Shown here: positions 1 through 7,861 of the stretch, piece by piece
How the letters are laid out: every line of letters starts with the position of its first letter
Numbering within the stretch: the first letter of the stretch is position 1
Assembly: GCA_045532415.1 (NCBI GenBank)
Contig: JAZSFY010000358.1
Location: 1 to 25,542 of the forward strand
DNA: 25,542 bases
From: Eubacteriales bacterium
GTDB taxonomy: Bacteria > Bacillota > Clostridia > Oscillospirales > CAG-382
Direction: 5' to 3'
Translations under genes and position numbers: made by a program
Notes under the pieces: model-generated
The model's database searches: none
The model's input: only the letters and a program-made list of their open reading frames with translations
Told to the model about the DNA's origin: nothing

Positions 1-160
1 ATCAAATCTGACGCGCTCGTCCTGTTGCAACTAAGGCTCTGTCTTCGCTCGTTTTACACTAACTCCCTCGACAATCGCCAAGTTGCTGCCACTCAGAACA
101 GCTCTCTGCTTCCGCCACCGGCGGCGTTCGCTGTTCTTCCCCAAACTGAGCCACACCCCG
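1..160 (-). tRNA. 5' part of a tRNA-Pro-like gene interrupted in the D-loop by a long structured insertion (3' part lies outside the window)
   Basis: The minus strand from 160 reads CGGGGTGTGGCTCAGTTTGG, the typical acceptor 5' strand, T8-G9, D-stem GCTC and D-loop AGTTTGG of Firmicutes tRNA-Pro (C1 start). It is followed by non-tRNA sequence GGAAGAACAGC... instead of TAGAGC. It lies 25 nt downstream of a perfect sigma-A -10 box. The anticodon is not visible, so the identity rests on the 5' end only. Confidence 0.65.
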
Positions 161-184
161 TTTTGATTTAAAACAGCGAAGTCA

Positions 185-213
185 ATTATAGCACAAGGAA
201 AAATAATTGTCAA
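185..213 (-). promoter_or_regulatory. Consensus sigma-A promoter driving the interrupted tRNA gene
   Basis: TTGACA (213-208), 17-nt spacer and TATAAT (190-185), with an extended -10 TGn motif. Confidence 0.85.
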
Positions 214-235
214 CCTCGGGCAAATCAAATTATGG

Positions 236-649
236 TTATTTTCGCTGACCGTCCAAATAGGATTGAAGAATTATTTGGGCAGAAAGGGCGTCGATTACCT
301 GACGGCGTTTTTTGCCGTTAAAATCGGTTATATTAAGATAGGTATACGCCTGAACGGTAGAAAGGCGCTCGTCCACAAAAATAATTTCCAAATCGGTTTC
401 CTTGGAAAGCATTTCGGCAAAGGCTTTTGTTTTTTCAACGCGGAAGGATTCGCTTCCGTCCATATTTTTAGGAAGCCCCAAAACGATTTTTTTGCCGTTT
501 AATTCATTAATTTTTGCAACTGTTTTTTTGCAGGCATCGCGCATTCCTGTTACATTCAAGGTGCACTCGGCAGAAGCAAGAAATTCGGTTTCGTCGCTGA
601 CAGCGATACCAACCCTTGCGTCGCCGTAATCTATTCCTATTATTCTCAT
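236..649 (-). CDS. ruvX: Holliday junction resolvase-like / pre-16S rRNA nuclease RuvX (YqgF)
   Basis: MRIIGIDYGDARVGIAVSD, VLGLPKNMDGS, VDERLST and IDALSAQIILQSYLD are YqgF-family motifs. A GAGGA RBS precedes the ATG. Confidence 0.95.
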   Translation of the reverse strand: MRIIGIDYGDARVGIAVSDETEFLASAECTLNVTGMRDACKKTVAKINELNGKKIVLGLPKNMDGSESFRVEKTKAFAEMLSKETDLEIIFVDERLSTVQAYTYLNITDFNGKKRRQVIDALSAQIILQSYLDGQRK

Positions 650-680
650 AGTAAATCCTCTTTAATTTAGCATCCTTTAG

Positions 681-709
681 ATAATATATTATTTTCCACA
701 TTTTGTCAA
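681..709 (-). promoter_or_regulatory. Sigma-A promoter of ruvX
   Basis: TTGACA (709-704), 17 nt, TATTAT (686-681). Confidence 0.6.
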
Positions 710-789
710 CCTTGGTTAGGGATAAAATGATTATCAAAGGTTATAATATGATTGAACGAAATAAGTTCGTTCAGACAGGAGTTAAGCTT

Positions 790-1035
790 ATGGGAAAACG
801 AAGAAACAGCAGATTTCCCCAAAGCATCAACGGAGCCAACGGTTTTTTCTATCCCAACCGTTATATGCATCCTATAACAGACCCAAATTCATTTAACGGA
901 ACGAGATATTTTAACGCAAATCCGGGTTATGATAACGGAAGCGATATGTACTCGCCCACAGATACTTGGGGCAGTTACACAGGAGTGCCCGCAGACGGTT
1001 CGGAAAGACCTATCCAAGATGCAGACGATCTTTAA
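790..1035 (+). CDS. Small hypothetical protein (81 aa) with C-terminal GSYTGVP...P.QDADDL motif
   Basis: An AGGAG RBS at 777-781 precedes the ATG at 790, which is preferred over the track start at 703. The C-terminus DTWGSYTGVPADGSERPIQDADDL resembles a motif I recognise from small clostridial hypothetical proteins. Confidence 0.75.
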   Translation: MGKRRNSRFPQSINGANGFFYPNRYMHPITDPNSFNGTRYFNANPGYDNGSDMYSPTDTWGSYTGVPADGSERPIQDADDL

Positions 1036-1114
1036 AATGAACCGATTTTCATTTTAAAAATCAGCTTTTCCAAATAAGGCAATGGAATAATTAAAAATTA
1101 TATTCCTTACCTTC

Positions 1115-1160
1115 AAAAACAAGGACATCTCATTTTTTGAGTATGTCCTGTTTTTGTTTT
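1115..1160 (+). terminator. Intrinsic terminator after the small ORF
   Basis: GGACAT-CTCA / TGAG-T-ATGTCC hairpin flanked by an A-run and a TGTTTTTGTTTTTT tract. Confidence 0.65.
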
Positions 1161-1192
1161 TTATATTTTTTGTAAATAACTTGATTTTTATA

Positions 1193-1221
1193 TTGCGTTA
1201 TTCTTGAAAATCGGTTATAAT
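1193..1221 (+). promoter_or_regulatory. Sigma-A-like promoter of lipoprotein gene 1
   Basis: TTGCGT (1193-1198), 17 nt, TATAAT (1216-1221). Confidence 0.6.
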
Positions 1222-1252
1222 GATTTTGATTTTGCTAAGAAAGGAACAGATT

Positions 1253-4200
1253 ATGAAAAAATGGATCATTTGGTTGTTGGCTTGCATGATGCTTTTAACC
1301 GCTTGTGTAACCGAACAGCCTCAAACCTCCGACCAATCCCAAGTGGAAGAAACCGGACCCAAATATACTCTTGTCAGCGTAGGCAAGCCCTATACTGCCA
1401 ACGGTTTTTCCGATAACAAAAACTACGCAGACCTTTTCGGTCAACAGCTTACCGACGGTCAGATTACTCCCGATATCGGCGTTCACTACACCGATACAAG
1501 AATGGTAGGCTTTGAAGATCAATCTACCATTCAAATTGACCTTGGCGAGCCTATGCCTATTACCGCATTGGCTGTACGTTCTCTCGACATGACCAAAGAC
1601 GGCGTTGGTCTTGCTAACTCGGTTCGTTTTGAGGTTTCCGAGGACGGTGTAAAATTCCAAATCATTAAGGTTTGCAAATTTGAGCTTACCGGCGAAAAGA
1701 CTGTAAGCACCTGCAAATATGACGTTGTTGCAGACGGCAAGGAAATCAAGAATTACAGATATGTACGCGCTACCGTTACAGGCAGAGGCGGATATTGGTT
1801 CTATTTCCTTGATGAGGTTCAGGTTTTCGCTGATGTTCCCGAAACCGAAAAGCCTTTGTTTGCACAGTTGGCTTATGAAAACGAAAATATCGACAGACAG
1901 GCATGGAAGGAATTTTCCACCGAAAAGCCCGCTTCTCCTGTTGACGTTGTTAACATTGCTGACGGTCAGAAATACACATTTGACAGCTGTACTTTTGATA
2001 CACGCGCTCCCGAAAATGCAACAATTCTTACAGACAGCATGAGAACCTCCCGTTTGTTTGGCGATAAGGACACATGGGTAGGCTTTAACGGAAACGCAGA
2101 TAAAGCGCCTTCTATTTCCTTTAAATTAGGCAGACGCTCTAACCTTTATTCCTTTAAGGTTCATGCATTGGGTGCAGGCTTGAACGTTAAATATCCCGAT
2201 TATATTGATGTTTACGGCTCTGTAAACGGAAAGACCTATGTTCTTTTGGGAAGAATGTATGCACCTGCAGATTGCGATAACTATGCATACACTCTTACAA
2301 TGCTTGAATACATAAGCTGCAGTTATATTAAATTTGAGTTTCCCAAAACCGATGACGGATATTATTGGGTTGAAGAAATTCAGATTTATACAGGCTACAA
2401 CGAAAAGCAGGAGAATGGCGTTTATCCCGACCTTTCCTTCCCTATTGTTTCCTCTGATGTTTATTGGGATAAAGCCGATGCTGGCATCGACACAGCACAA
2501 AACCTTCTCATAGGCGCAGACCAGCAGATGGCGGCTATGTATTATGACGGTCTTGAAGAAAACGAATGGGCTACCAAATATCCCAAGCTTGCTGCTTATG
2601 ATTTTGAAGGCTTGCATGACGGCAAATTTGCAGTTTCCGACGATTGCTACAGCGGTGAATATTGGTTCACACGCGGTGTCTGCACCGAAATCTTCTATGA
2701 TATTGGCGCTATCAGCTCTATTCAAAAGCTTACTGTTAACGCACTTGAATTAGGCGGTGCGGCTATTTATAGTCCTAAAAATGTAACCGTATTCCTCTCT
2801 AATGACGGCGACAACTGGTATAAGGTAGGCGCAGAAGGCAAGGCAGACGGATACAAAGCTAGCCCCACGGCTATTCGTGTAAAATATGAATTTGCGCTTG
2901 AAAAGCCTGTTGAAGCAAGATTTGTACGCTTCCGTATTGAGCGCGACAGATATTCTGCAACCTTCACCTTCCTTGACGAAATCGAGGCTATCGGTACCAA
3001 GAGCATTTCTGCCGATACAATTAAGCTTTCCGACCTTGGTATTGACCCTGTTATTTATTATACCCATGCCGAAAAGGCAGAGTATGTTACTCTCGACAAT
3101 TCTACAATGAACGCAAAGGACCTTGCTCTTATTGTAGGTAACACAGGAAGCGAAAATATGCTTCTTCCCTTTGTTGCTTATCTTGATGAAGAAGGCAACG
3201 TTAAGGACACATTTATGGACGGCTTCATCTATTGGGGACCTCCTGTTCTTCCCTCCGGCGGCGCTATGTACTCCGAAAGCGTTAAGCGTGACTGGGAGCA
3301 TATGATGAAAATCACCTTTGACGGATGCAACGGTCTTGAAAAATTGGAGGAGGTTGTCGGTCAAGTTAAGGCAGAGCTTAATATTCCCGATTATACCGTT
3401 AAGGTTTATTTCTCCATGTTGACTATTATGGACAATATAACCGATTTCGGTACAGGCTCTTATATTGATGAATCTGGTAACCTTGTTGAAAAAGAACCTG
3501 TAACCTATACCGATGAAGAAGGCAACGAATTTGTTTATGACGGCGACTGCAACGGTGACGGCGTAAACGAAGACCTTACTACATCCGAAGGCAGAATTAA
3601 TGTATTCAACTGGTACATCGAAGCTGTTAAAAAGGAATTTGAAGCAAGAGGATATAAGCACATTGTTCTCGACGGCTTCAACTGGTGTAACGAATCTGTT
3701 CAGTATGGCAACGATGACTCTCACATTATGACCGAGGCAGGTCAATGTGTAGAAGATGCAGACAGCAACTTCATCTGGATTCCCTTCTATGAAGCAAACC
3801 GCTTCTATCTCGGCGACGAAATGAAATTTGATGCTGTTTGTATGCAGCCCAACTATGTATTTACAAACGATGCTCCTCTTTGGAGATTCTTCACATCTGC
3901 AGAAGCAACAAAGACACTTAACATGAGCATCGAAATCGAGCATTCTTATCAATGTCTTGGCGACCCCGATTATGCAAGAAGCTATATGCTTTATCTTATG
4001 TACGGCGTAGAATATGGCTATATGGACGGCATACATATGTATTATCAGGATACCGAAAACTATGCTTTGATGGCATACAGTGATAATCCTCTCTGCCGCT
4101 TGCAGTATGATGCAACCTACCACTTTATTAAGGGCGACCTTGATATAACTCCCGATGTAAAAGAAAAGATTAATGTTTCGGGCAGCGCAAGCACTATCAT

Positions 4201-4405
4201 CACAGGCAATCTCAACCCCGATAATGCAATCGAATTTTACACTCTTGTAAAGCAGCCTGAGCATGGTTATATTTCTCTTAACGCAGAAGGTCAATTCTGC
4301 TATTACCCCGAAAAGGGATATACCGGCACAGATACATTTACCTATACCTATAACAAGCTTCTCGGCGAATCCGAAGAATGCACAGTTGAAATTAACATAG
4401 GCTAA
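1253..4405 (+). CDS. Large lipoprotein: 3 discoidin (F5/8 type C)-like domains + DUF4855-like putative glycoside hydrolase barrel + C-terminal Ig-like (Big_9/cadherin-like) domain
   Basis: The AAAGGA RBS supports the ATG at 1253. The signal peptide has a lipobox (MKKWIIWLLACMMLLTA-C). Discoidin-like motifs recur (LTDG, IDLG, SEDG, RYVR, F.DE). DUF4855-like motifs are LLPFVAYLDEEG...DTFMDGF, GFNWCNE, FIWIPFY and AVCMQPNY. The C-terminus is PEHGYISLNAEGQFCYYPEKGYTGTDTFTY. Confidence 0.85.
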   Translation: MKKWIIWLLACMMLLTACVTEQPQTSDQSQVEETGPKYTLVSVGKPYTANGFSDNKNYADLFGQQLTDGQITPDIGVHYTDTRMVGFEDQSTIQIDLGEPMPITALAVRSLDMTKDGVGLANSVRFEVSEDGVKFQIIKVCKFELTGEKTVSTCKYDVVADGKEIKNYRYVRATVTGRGGYWFYFLDEVQVFADVPETEKPLFAQLAYENENIDRQAWKEFSTEKPASPVDVVNIADGQKYTFDSCTFDTRAPENATILTDSMRTSRLFGDKDTWVGFNGNADKAPSISFKLGRRSNLYSFKVHALGAGLNVKYPDYIDVYGSVNGKTYVLLGRMYAPADCDNYAYTLTMLEYISCSYIKFEFPKTDDGYYWVEEIQIYTGYNEKQENGVYPDLSFPIVSSDVYWDKADAGIDTAQNLLIGADQQMAAMYYDGLEENEWATKYPKLAAYDFEGLHDGKFAVSDDCYSGEYWFTRGVCTEIFYDIGAISSIQKLTVNALELGGAAIYSPKNVTVFLSNDGDNWYKVGAEGKADGYKASPTAIRVKYEFALEKPVEARFVRFRIERDRYSATFTFLDEIEAIGTKSISADTIKLSDLGIDPVIYYTHAEKAEYVTLDNSTMNAKDLALIVGNTGSENMLLPFVAYLDEEGNVKDTFMDGFIYWGPPVLPSGGAMYSESVKRDWEHMMKITFDGCNGLEKLEEVVGQVKAELNIPDYTVKVYFSMLTIMDNITDFGTGSYIDESGNLVEKEPVTYTDEEGNEFVYDGDCNGDGVNEDLTTSEGRINVFNWYIEAVKKEFEARGYKHIVLDGFNWCNESVQYGNDDSHIMTEAGQCVEDADSNFIWIPFYEANRFYLGDEMKFDAVCMQPNYVFTNDAPLWRFFTSAEATKTLNMSIEIEHSYQCLGDPDYARSYMLYLMYGVEYGYMDGIHMYYQDTENYALMAYSDNPLCRLQYDATYHFIKGDLDITPDVKEKINVSGSASTIITGNLNPDNAIEFYTLVKQPEHGYISLNAEGQFCYYPEKGYTGTDTFTYTYNKLLGESEECTVEINIG

Positions 4406-4413
4406 GTATTACG

Positions 4414-4452
4414 AAAAGTCTATCGCAATTAATTTTGCGATAGACTTTTTTA
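4414..4452 (+). terminator. Intrinsic terminator between the two lipoprotein genes
   Basis: Perfect 15-bp inverted repeat AAAAGTCTATCGCAA / TTGCGATAGACTTTT with a 6-nt loop and a T tail. Confidence 0.85.
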
Positions 4453-4481
4453 TTGCTTATTTGATAATTGTATATTATAAT
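4453..4481 (+). promoter_or_regulatory. Sigma-A-like promoter of lipoprotein gene 2
   Basis: TTGCTT (4453-4458), 17 nt, TATAAT (4476-4481). Confidence 0.6.
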
Positions 4482-4509
4482 ATTCATATATCACACATGG
4501 AGGTGCCCT

Positions 4510-7500
4510 ATGAAACGGTTAATTGCGTTAATACTATCTTTAATGCTTTTGCTTTGCGGTTGTGCGGAAGCAAACGATATCACATCAACAAGCGAAGAAA
4601 GCATACAAAATGAATCGTCTGATTTGGATTCCGAGCCCATACCTAATGAGCCTATTACCGAAATCAAGGATGTTGTTATCTCGAGAGGCAAGCCCTATAC
4701 TGTTTCTACAAAAGCGGCAGAGGAATATTCTGACACATATTCCTCCGAGCTTACCAACGGCGCTTCTCTAGAGAATGCATACAGCTTTGTAAACGCTTCT
4801 CTCACAGGATATGCCACAAGACGATTGGACGTTGTTATTGATTTAGAAAAGGTTTATGAAAACATTCATACATTACAGGGATGCTATTACCTTGATGATT
4901 CCGCAGGAATAAGCTCTTTGTTGAAATTTACTGTGTCATATTCCGAAAATAATACCGATTGGAAAAGCATAGGCCCTCTTGACGAGCCCGATTCCCCCAA
5001 ATTAAAGAACCTCAATATTTCAAGCAAAAGCCTTGAAACACCTATAACAGCAAGATATATTAAGTTTACGGTGTTTGGTAATGGGACCTGGATATTCCTT
5101 GAGGAATTATCGGTTATTGCATCTGCCTCGGAAAAATCCAATCCAAGCTATGGCAATTTGGTAGAAGCCGCATATAACACATTGGGGACTGTTGCTCTGC
5201 CTAAAGACGGAAATCCTATTGACAAAAGCCTGCCAAAGGTTTGTATATCTCAAAACGCCAAATACTCGGCGGATGCTGTTGCTATTTACAGATTTGGCGA
5301 TTTTACCTGCAAAATGCTTACAGATGGAGAATCGGGAAATATTCTCGAGGACCAAACCTGGGTTGGATACCAAGGCGGAAAGGACATTAAAATCAAGGTG
5401 ACTCTTGATGAGTTATCAGATAATATCGCTTCTATTGACGTAAACTGCCTGTCAAAAGAGGATATGAACATTTTTCTCCCTACCGCGATTTCTTTTACAG
5501 CAATCGACGGAAATGGCAACAGCCAAAATATAGGCGTTATTTATGGAAACCCCGATGCCAAGCAGGGCAACTATACCTTTACTCTTTCGCTTCCCAAAGC
5601 AATTAGCGCAAAGCATATTGAGGTTACTATTCATACTATTGATTCCGCAATGCATTTTATAGATGAAATATCTGTTTATACCTTTAGCGACAAGGACAAT
5701 GAGCTTCTTTATCCCGAGGTTGTTATTGACAATAACGTAACCGAATGGGAAAACCCTTCGGATGATTATAAAAACCTCATATTACACAAGCCTTGTCAAA
5801 TAAGCGTTGACGTTAATCCCCAAAAATCCACATTTGAGAATAATTCCAAGGTAACCGAGCCTATGCTTACCGACGGAATATTTTCTACAAACTATAATAT
5901 TCACAACGGTAAATTTTTCAAATTCAATGCATCTCAAAAGCGAACTATAATTTTCGATTTGGAGCATTTATCGGCGGTAGACAAATTCACATTAGGCTTT
6001 TGCCATATAGAGGGTTGGTCGGTTTATGCGCCTAAGGTTGTTAATGTCACGGTATCTGACGATGGCGAAAATTGGTATAAAATAGGTGTTATAGCCCCAA
6101 AAGAAACAAATTACACCGGAATAATGAGAGGCGAGCTTTTGCTTGAAGAAAAAATAAAAGCCAGATATGTTGCATTTTCCTTTGATATAATTATTTGGGC
6201 AGGCATTGACGAAATACAGATTTTCGGAACCGAAAATATTCAAAATGCAATTTCGCCCGATAAGAACGAAGCTGTTTATGCAACACAGGTTGTTAAAAAA
6301 AGAAAGGAACCTTCCCCCGATTTATTAAAGGGAGCCAAGGACCTTTGCCTTCTTTATCATTCTAATTATAATCCCGGATATACAGTTGACAATCTTATTC
6401 CCTATCTTGCCTATGTTGACGAAAACAATATACCGCAGGATGTTATGTTTGACAGCTTTTTGTTCCTTCACGATACAGGAAGCATGCCTAGCGGCGGCTC
6501 GGCATTTAAGGATTCTACAATGAGGGATTGGCAATGGTGTATCGACGATTTGTTTGTAAACGGAGAAAACCTTTATGCTCTTGAAGAAGCAGCAGGTCAA
6601 ATTAAAACCGCCCTTAATTTAGGAGATGATTATAAATATAAGGTTACTATGACGGTTTATTATCCCACTGCTTCTATGACCGCCTTTGGTGACGTAGACG
6701 GCGACGGAATATCCGAAAGCTTCGCAGTTTATCAAGACCGCATAAAGGCATTCAAATGGTATATTCAACAAATCGAAGAAAGATTTTCGCAAGCAGGCTT
6801 TAAAAATATCGAGCTGGTTGGATATTATTGGTGGCATGAGGGTATCGACGGAAACGAATCCGATTCTCAGCAGATGCTTAATGAGCTTGCGGATATTATT
6901 CATTCGGTTGGAAAGGATTTCTTCTGGATTCCTTGGTTTTGCGCTCCCGGATTCAGCGCATGGGAGGATTATGGCTTTGATATCGCTTGTATGCAGCCTA
7001 ATTATGTATTTACAAGCCAAGCGCCATACAGCAATCTTACAACCAACGAAAGGCTTACGGAATATTACGGCATGGGCTTTGAAATGGAGATTTTTGAAGA
7101 ATGCCTTATAAACGATTTGTTCTTTAAAAAGTATATGGAATATATCACCTTGGGCGCAGAAAAAGGATATATGAACGACACGGTGAATATGTATTATCAA
7201 AGCTATTTAGTTTTCAACATGGCTGCCTATTCTGATAATCCTATGGCAAGAAAGGTTTATGATACAACCTATCATTATATTAAGGGAGATTTGAAAAATG
7301 TTCCCGACAGTCTTGAACCCATGTCCTTTGACCTAAAGAAGAATAAGGTTTTCTTTGGTAATTTTGGGCTTGAAGAAGAAAAGCTGAGAGAATTTAAGAT
7401 TCATACTCTCCCCGAATATGGAACCGTAACCCTAACAGACAACGGCGGATTTTACTATTTCCCTGAAAAGGATTATGTTGGCGAGGTTAGGTTTAGTATG

Positions 7501-7560
7501 GTTTACAGCGAATATCTTTCTTGGTCAGAGCCTTTTGAAATCGTTTTGAATATAGTGTAA
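4510..7560 (+). CDS. Paralogous large lipoprotein: 3 discoidin-like domains + DUF4855-like barrel + Ig-like C-terminal domain
   Basis: The GGAGG RBS at 4499-4503 supports the ATG at 4510. Lipobox MKRLIALILSLMLLLCG-C. The architecture matches the upstream gene, with IPYLAYVDEN...DVMFDSFLFL, GYYWWHE, FFWIPWF, IACMQPNY, GFEME and PEYGTVTLTDNGGFYYFPEKDYVG. Confidence 0.85.
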   Translation: MKRLIALILSLMLLLCGCAEANDITSTSEESIQNESSDLDSEPIPNEPITEIKDVVISRGKPYTVSTKAAEEYSDTYSSELTNGASLENAYSFVNASLTGYATRRLDVVIDLEKVYENIHTLQGCYYLDDSAGISSLLKFTVSYSENNTDWKSIGPLDEPDSPKLKNLNISSKSLETPITARYIKFTVFGNGTWIFLEELSVIASASEKSNPSYGNLVEAAYNTLGTVALPKDGNPIDKSLPKVCISQNAKYSADAVAIYRFGDFTCKMLTDGESGNILEDQTWVGYQGGKDIKIKVTLDELSDNIASIDVNCLSKEDMNIFLPTAISFTAIDGNGNSQNIGVIYGNPDAKQGNYTFTLSLPKAISAKHIEVTIHTIDSAMHFIDEISVYTFSDKDNELLYPEVVIDNNVTEWENPSDDYKNLILHKPCQISVDVNPQKSTFENNSKVTEPMLTDGIFSTNYNIHNGKFFKFNASQKRTIIFDLEHLSAVDKFTLGFCHIEGWSVYAPKVVNVTVSDDGENWYKIGVIAPKETNYTGIMRGELLLEEKIKARYVAFSFDIIIWAGIDEIQIFGTENIQNAISPDKNEAVYATQVVKKRKEPSPDLLKGAKDLCLLYHSNYNPGYTVDNLIPYLAYVDENNIPQDVMFDSFLFLHDTGSMPSGGSAFKDSTMRDWQWCIDDLFVNGENLYALEEAAGQIKTALNLGDDYKYKVTMTVYYPTASMTAFGDVDGDGISESFAVYQDRIKAFKWYIQQIEERFSQAGFKNIELVGYYWWHEGIDGNESDSQQMLNELADIIHSVGKDFFWIPWFCAPGFSAWEDYGFDIACMQPNYVFTSQAPYSNLTTNERLTEYYGMGFEMEIFEECLINDLFFKKYMEYITLGAEKGYMNDTVNMYYQSYLVFNMAAYSDNPMARKVYDTTYHYIKGDLKNVPDSLEPMSFDLKKNKVFFGNFGLEEEKLREFKIHTLPEYGTVTLTDNGGFYYFPEKDYVGEVRFSMVYSEYLSWSEPFEIVLNIV

Positions 7561-7565
7561 ATAAT

Positions 7566-7598
7566 AAGGAGCTGTTTTTTACAGCTCCTTAAATTTTT
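7566..7598 (+). terminator. Intrinsic terminator after lipoprotein gene 2
   Basis: 10-bp inverted repeat AAGGAGCTGT / ACAGCTCCTT followed by AAATTTTT. Confidence 0.75.
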
Positions 7599-7687
7599 CT
7601 ACAAAAATATCCACTGTCCTTTTTATGGTACATATATTTGGGTACAATAGCCTTGTAAAATAAATAACAAACAAGGAGATTGACCAA

Positions 7688-7822
7688 ATGAAAGAATTAG
7701 TTTTTATGGCAAAAAGAGCCGCTTCAACTCCCGACGGATTTATAAACGGATTTATTAAAGGAGTTATCGGAAGTGCCGCAACAATCGTTATTCTTACATT
7801 CCTTACAGGTTTGGCAGGATAA
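7688..7822 (+). CDS. Small hydrophobic protein (44 aa), absent from the supplied ORF track
   Basis: An AAGGAG RBS at 7673-7678 precedes the ATG at 7688; the stop is TAA at 7820-7822. Translation: MKELVFMAKRAASTPDGFINGFIKGVIGSAATIVILTFLTGLAG. It is bounded by terminators on both sides. Confidence 0.65.
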   Translation: MKELVFMAKRAASTPDGFINGFIKGVIGSAATIVILTFLTGLAG

Positions 7823-7861
7823 CTCTAGCTTAGGAATCATTTAAAATGATTCTAAAAAAAA

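Noticed and set aside
1-20. ACGAGCGCGTCAGATTTGAT as the resumed 3' half of the tRNA
   Set aside because: GAGC could pair with the D-stem, but conserved A21 is missing and the following bases give no canonical anticodon loop (no U33). It more likely still belongs to the insert; this cannot be resolved at the window edge.
31-228. 65-aa minus-strand ORF from the track
   Set aside because: It overlaps the tRNA promoter, the tRNA 5' half and the structured insert. It has no convincing RBS and no recognisable protein features.
1182-1233. TGATTTT direct repeats and AAAATC/GATTTT inverted repeat around the lipoprotein 1 promoter
   Set aside because: They are short and AT-rich in an AT-rich intergenic region, and they are not echoed at the paralogue's promoter.
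2750-4294. 514-aa antisense ORF, and the 199-aa ORF at 2126-2725
   Set aside because: These are shadows of the biased codon usage of lipoprotein gene 1, with no motifs or RBS.
703-4509. Track start codons at 703, 1220 and 4468
   Set aside because: They lie in or before predicted promoters. The downstream ATGs at 790, 1253 and 4510 have proper RBS and, for the lipoproteins, give canonical signal peptides.
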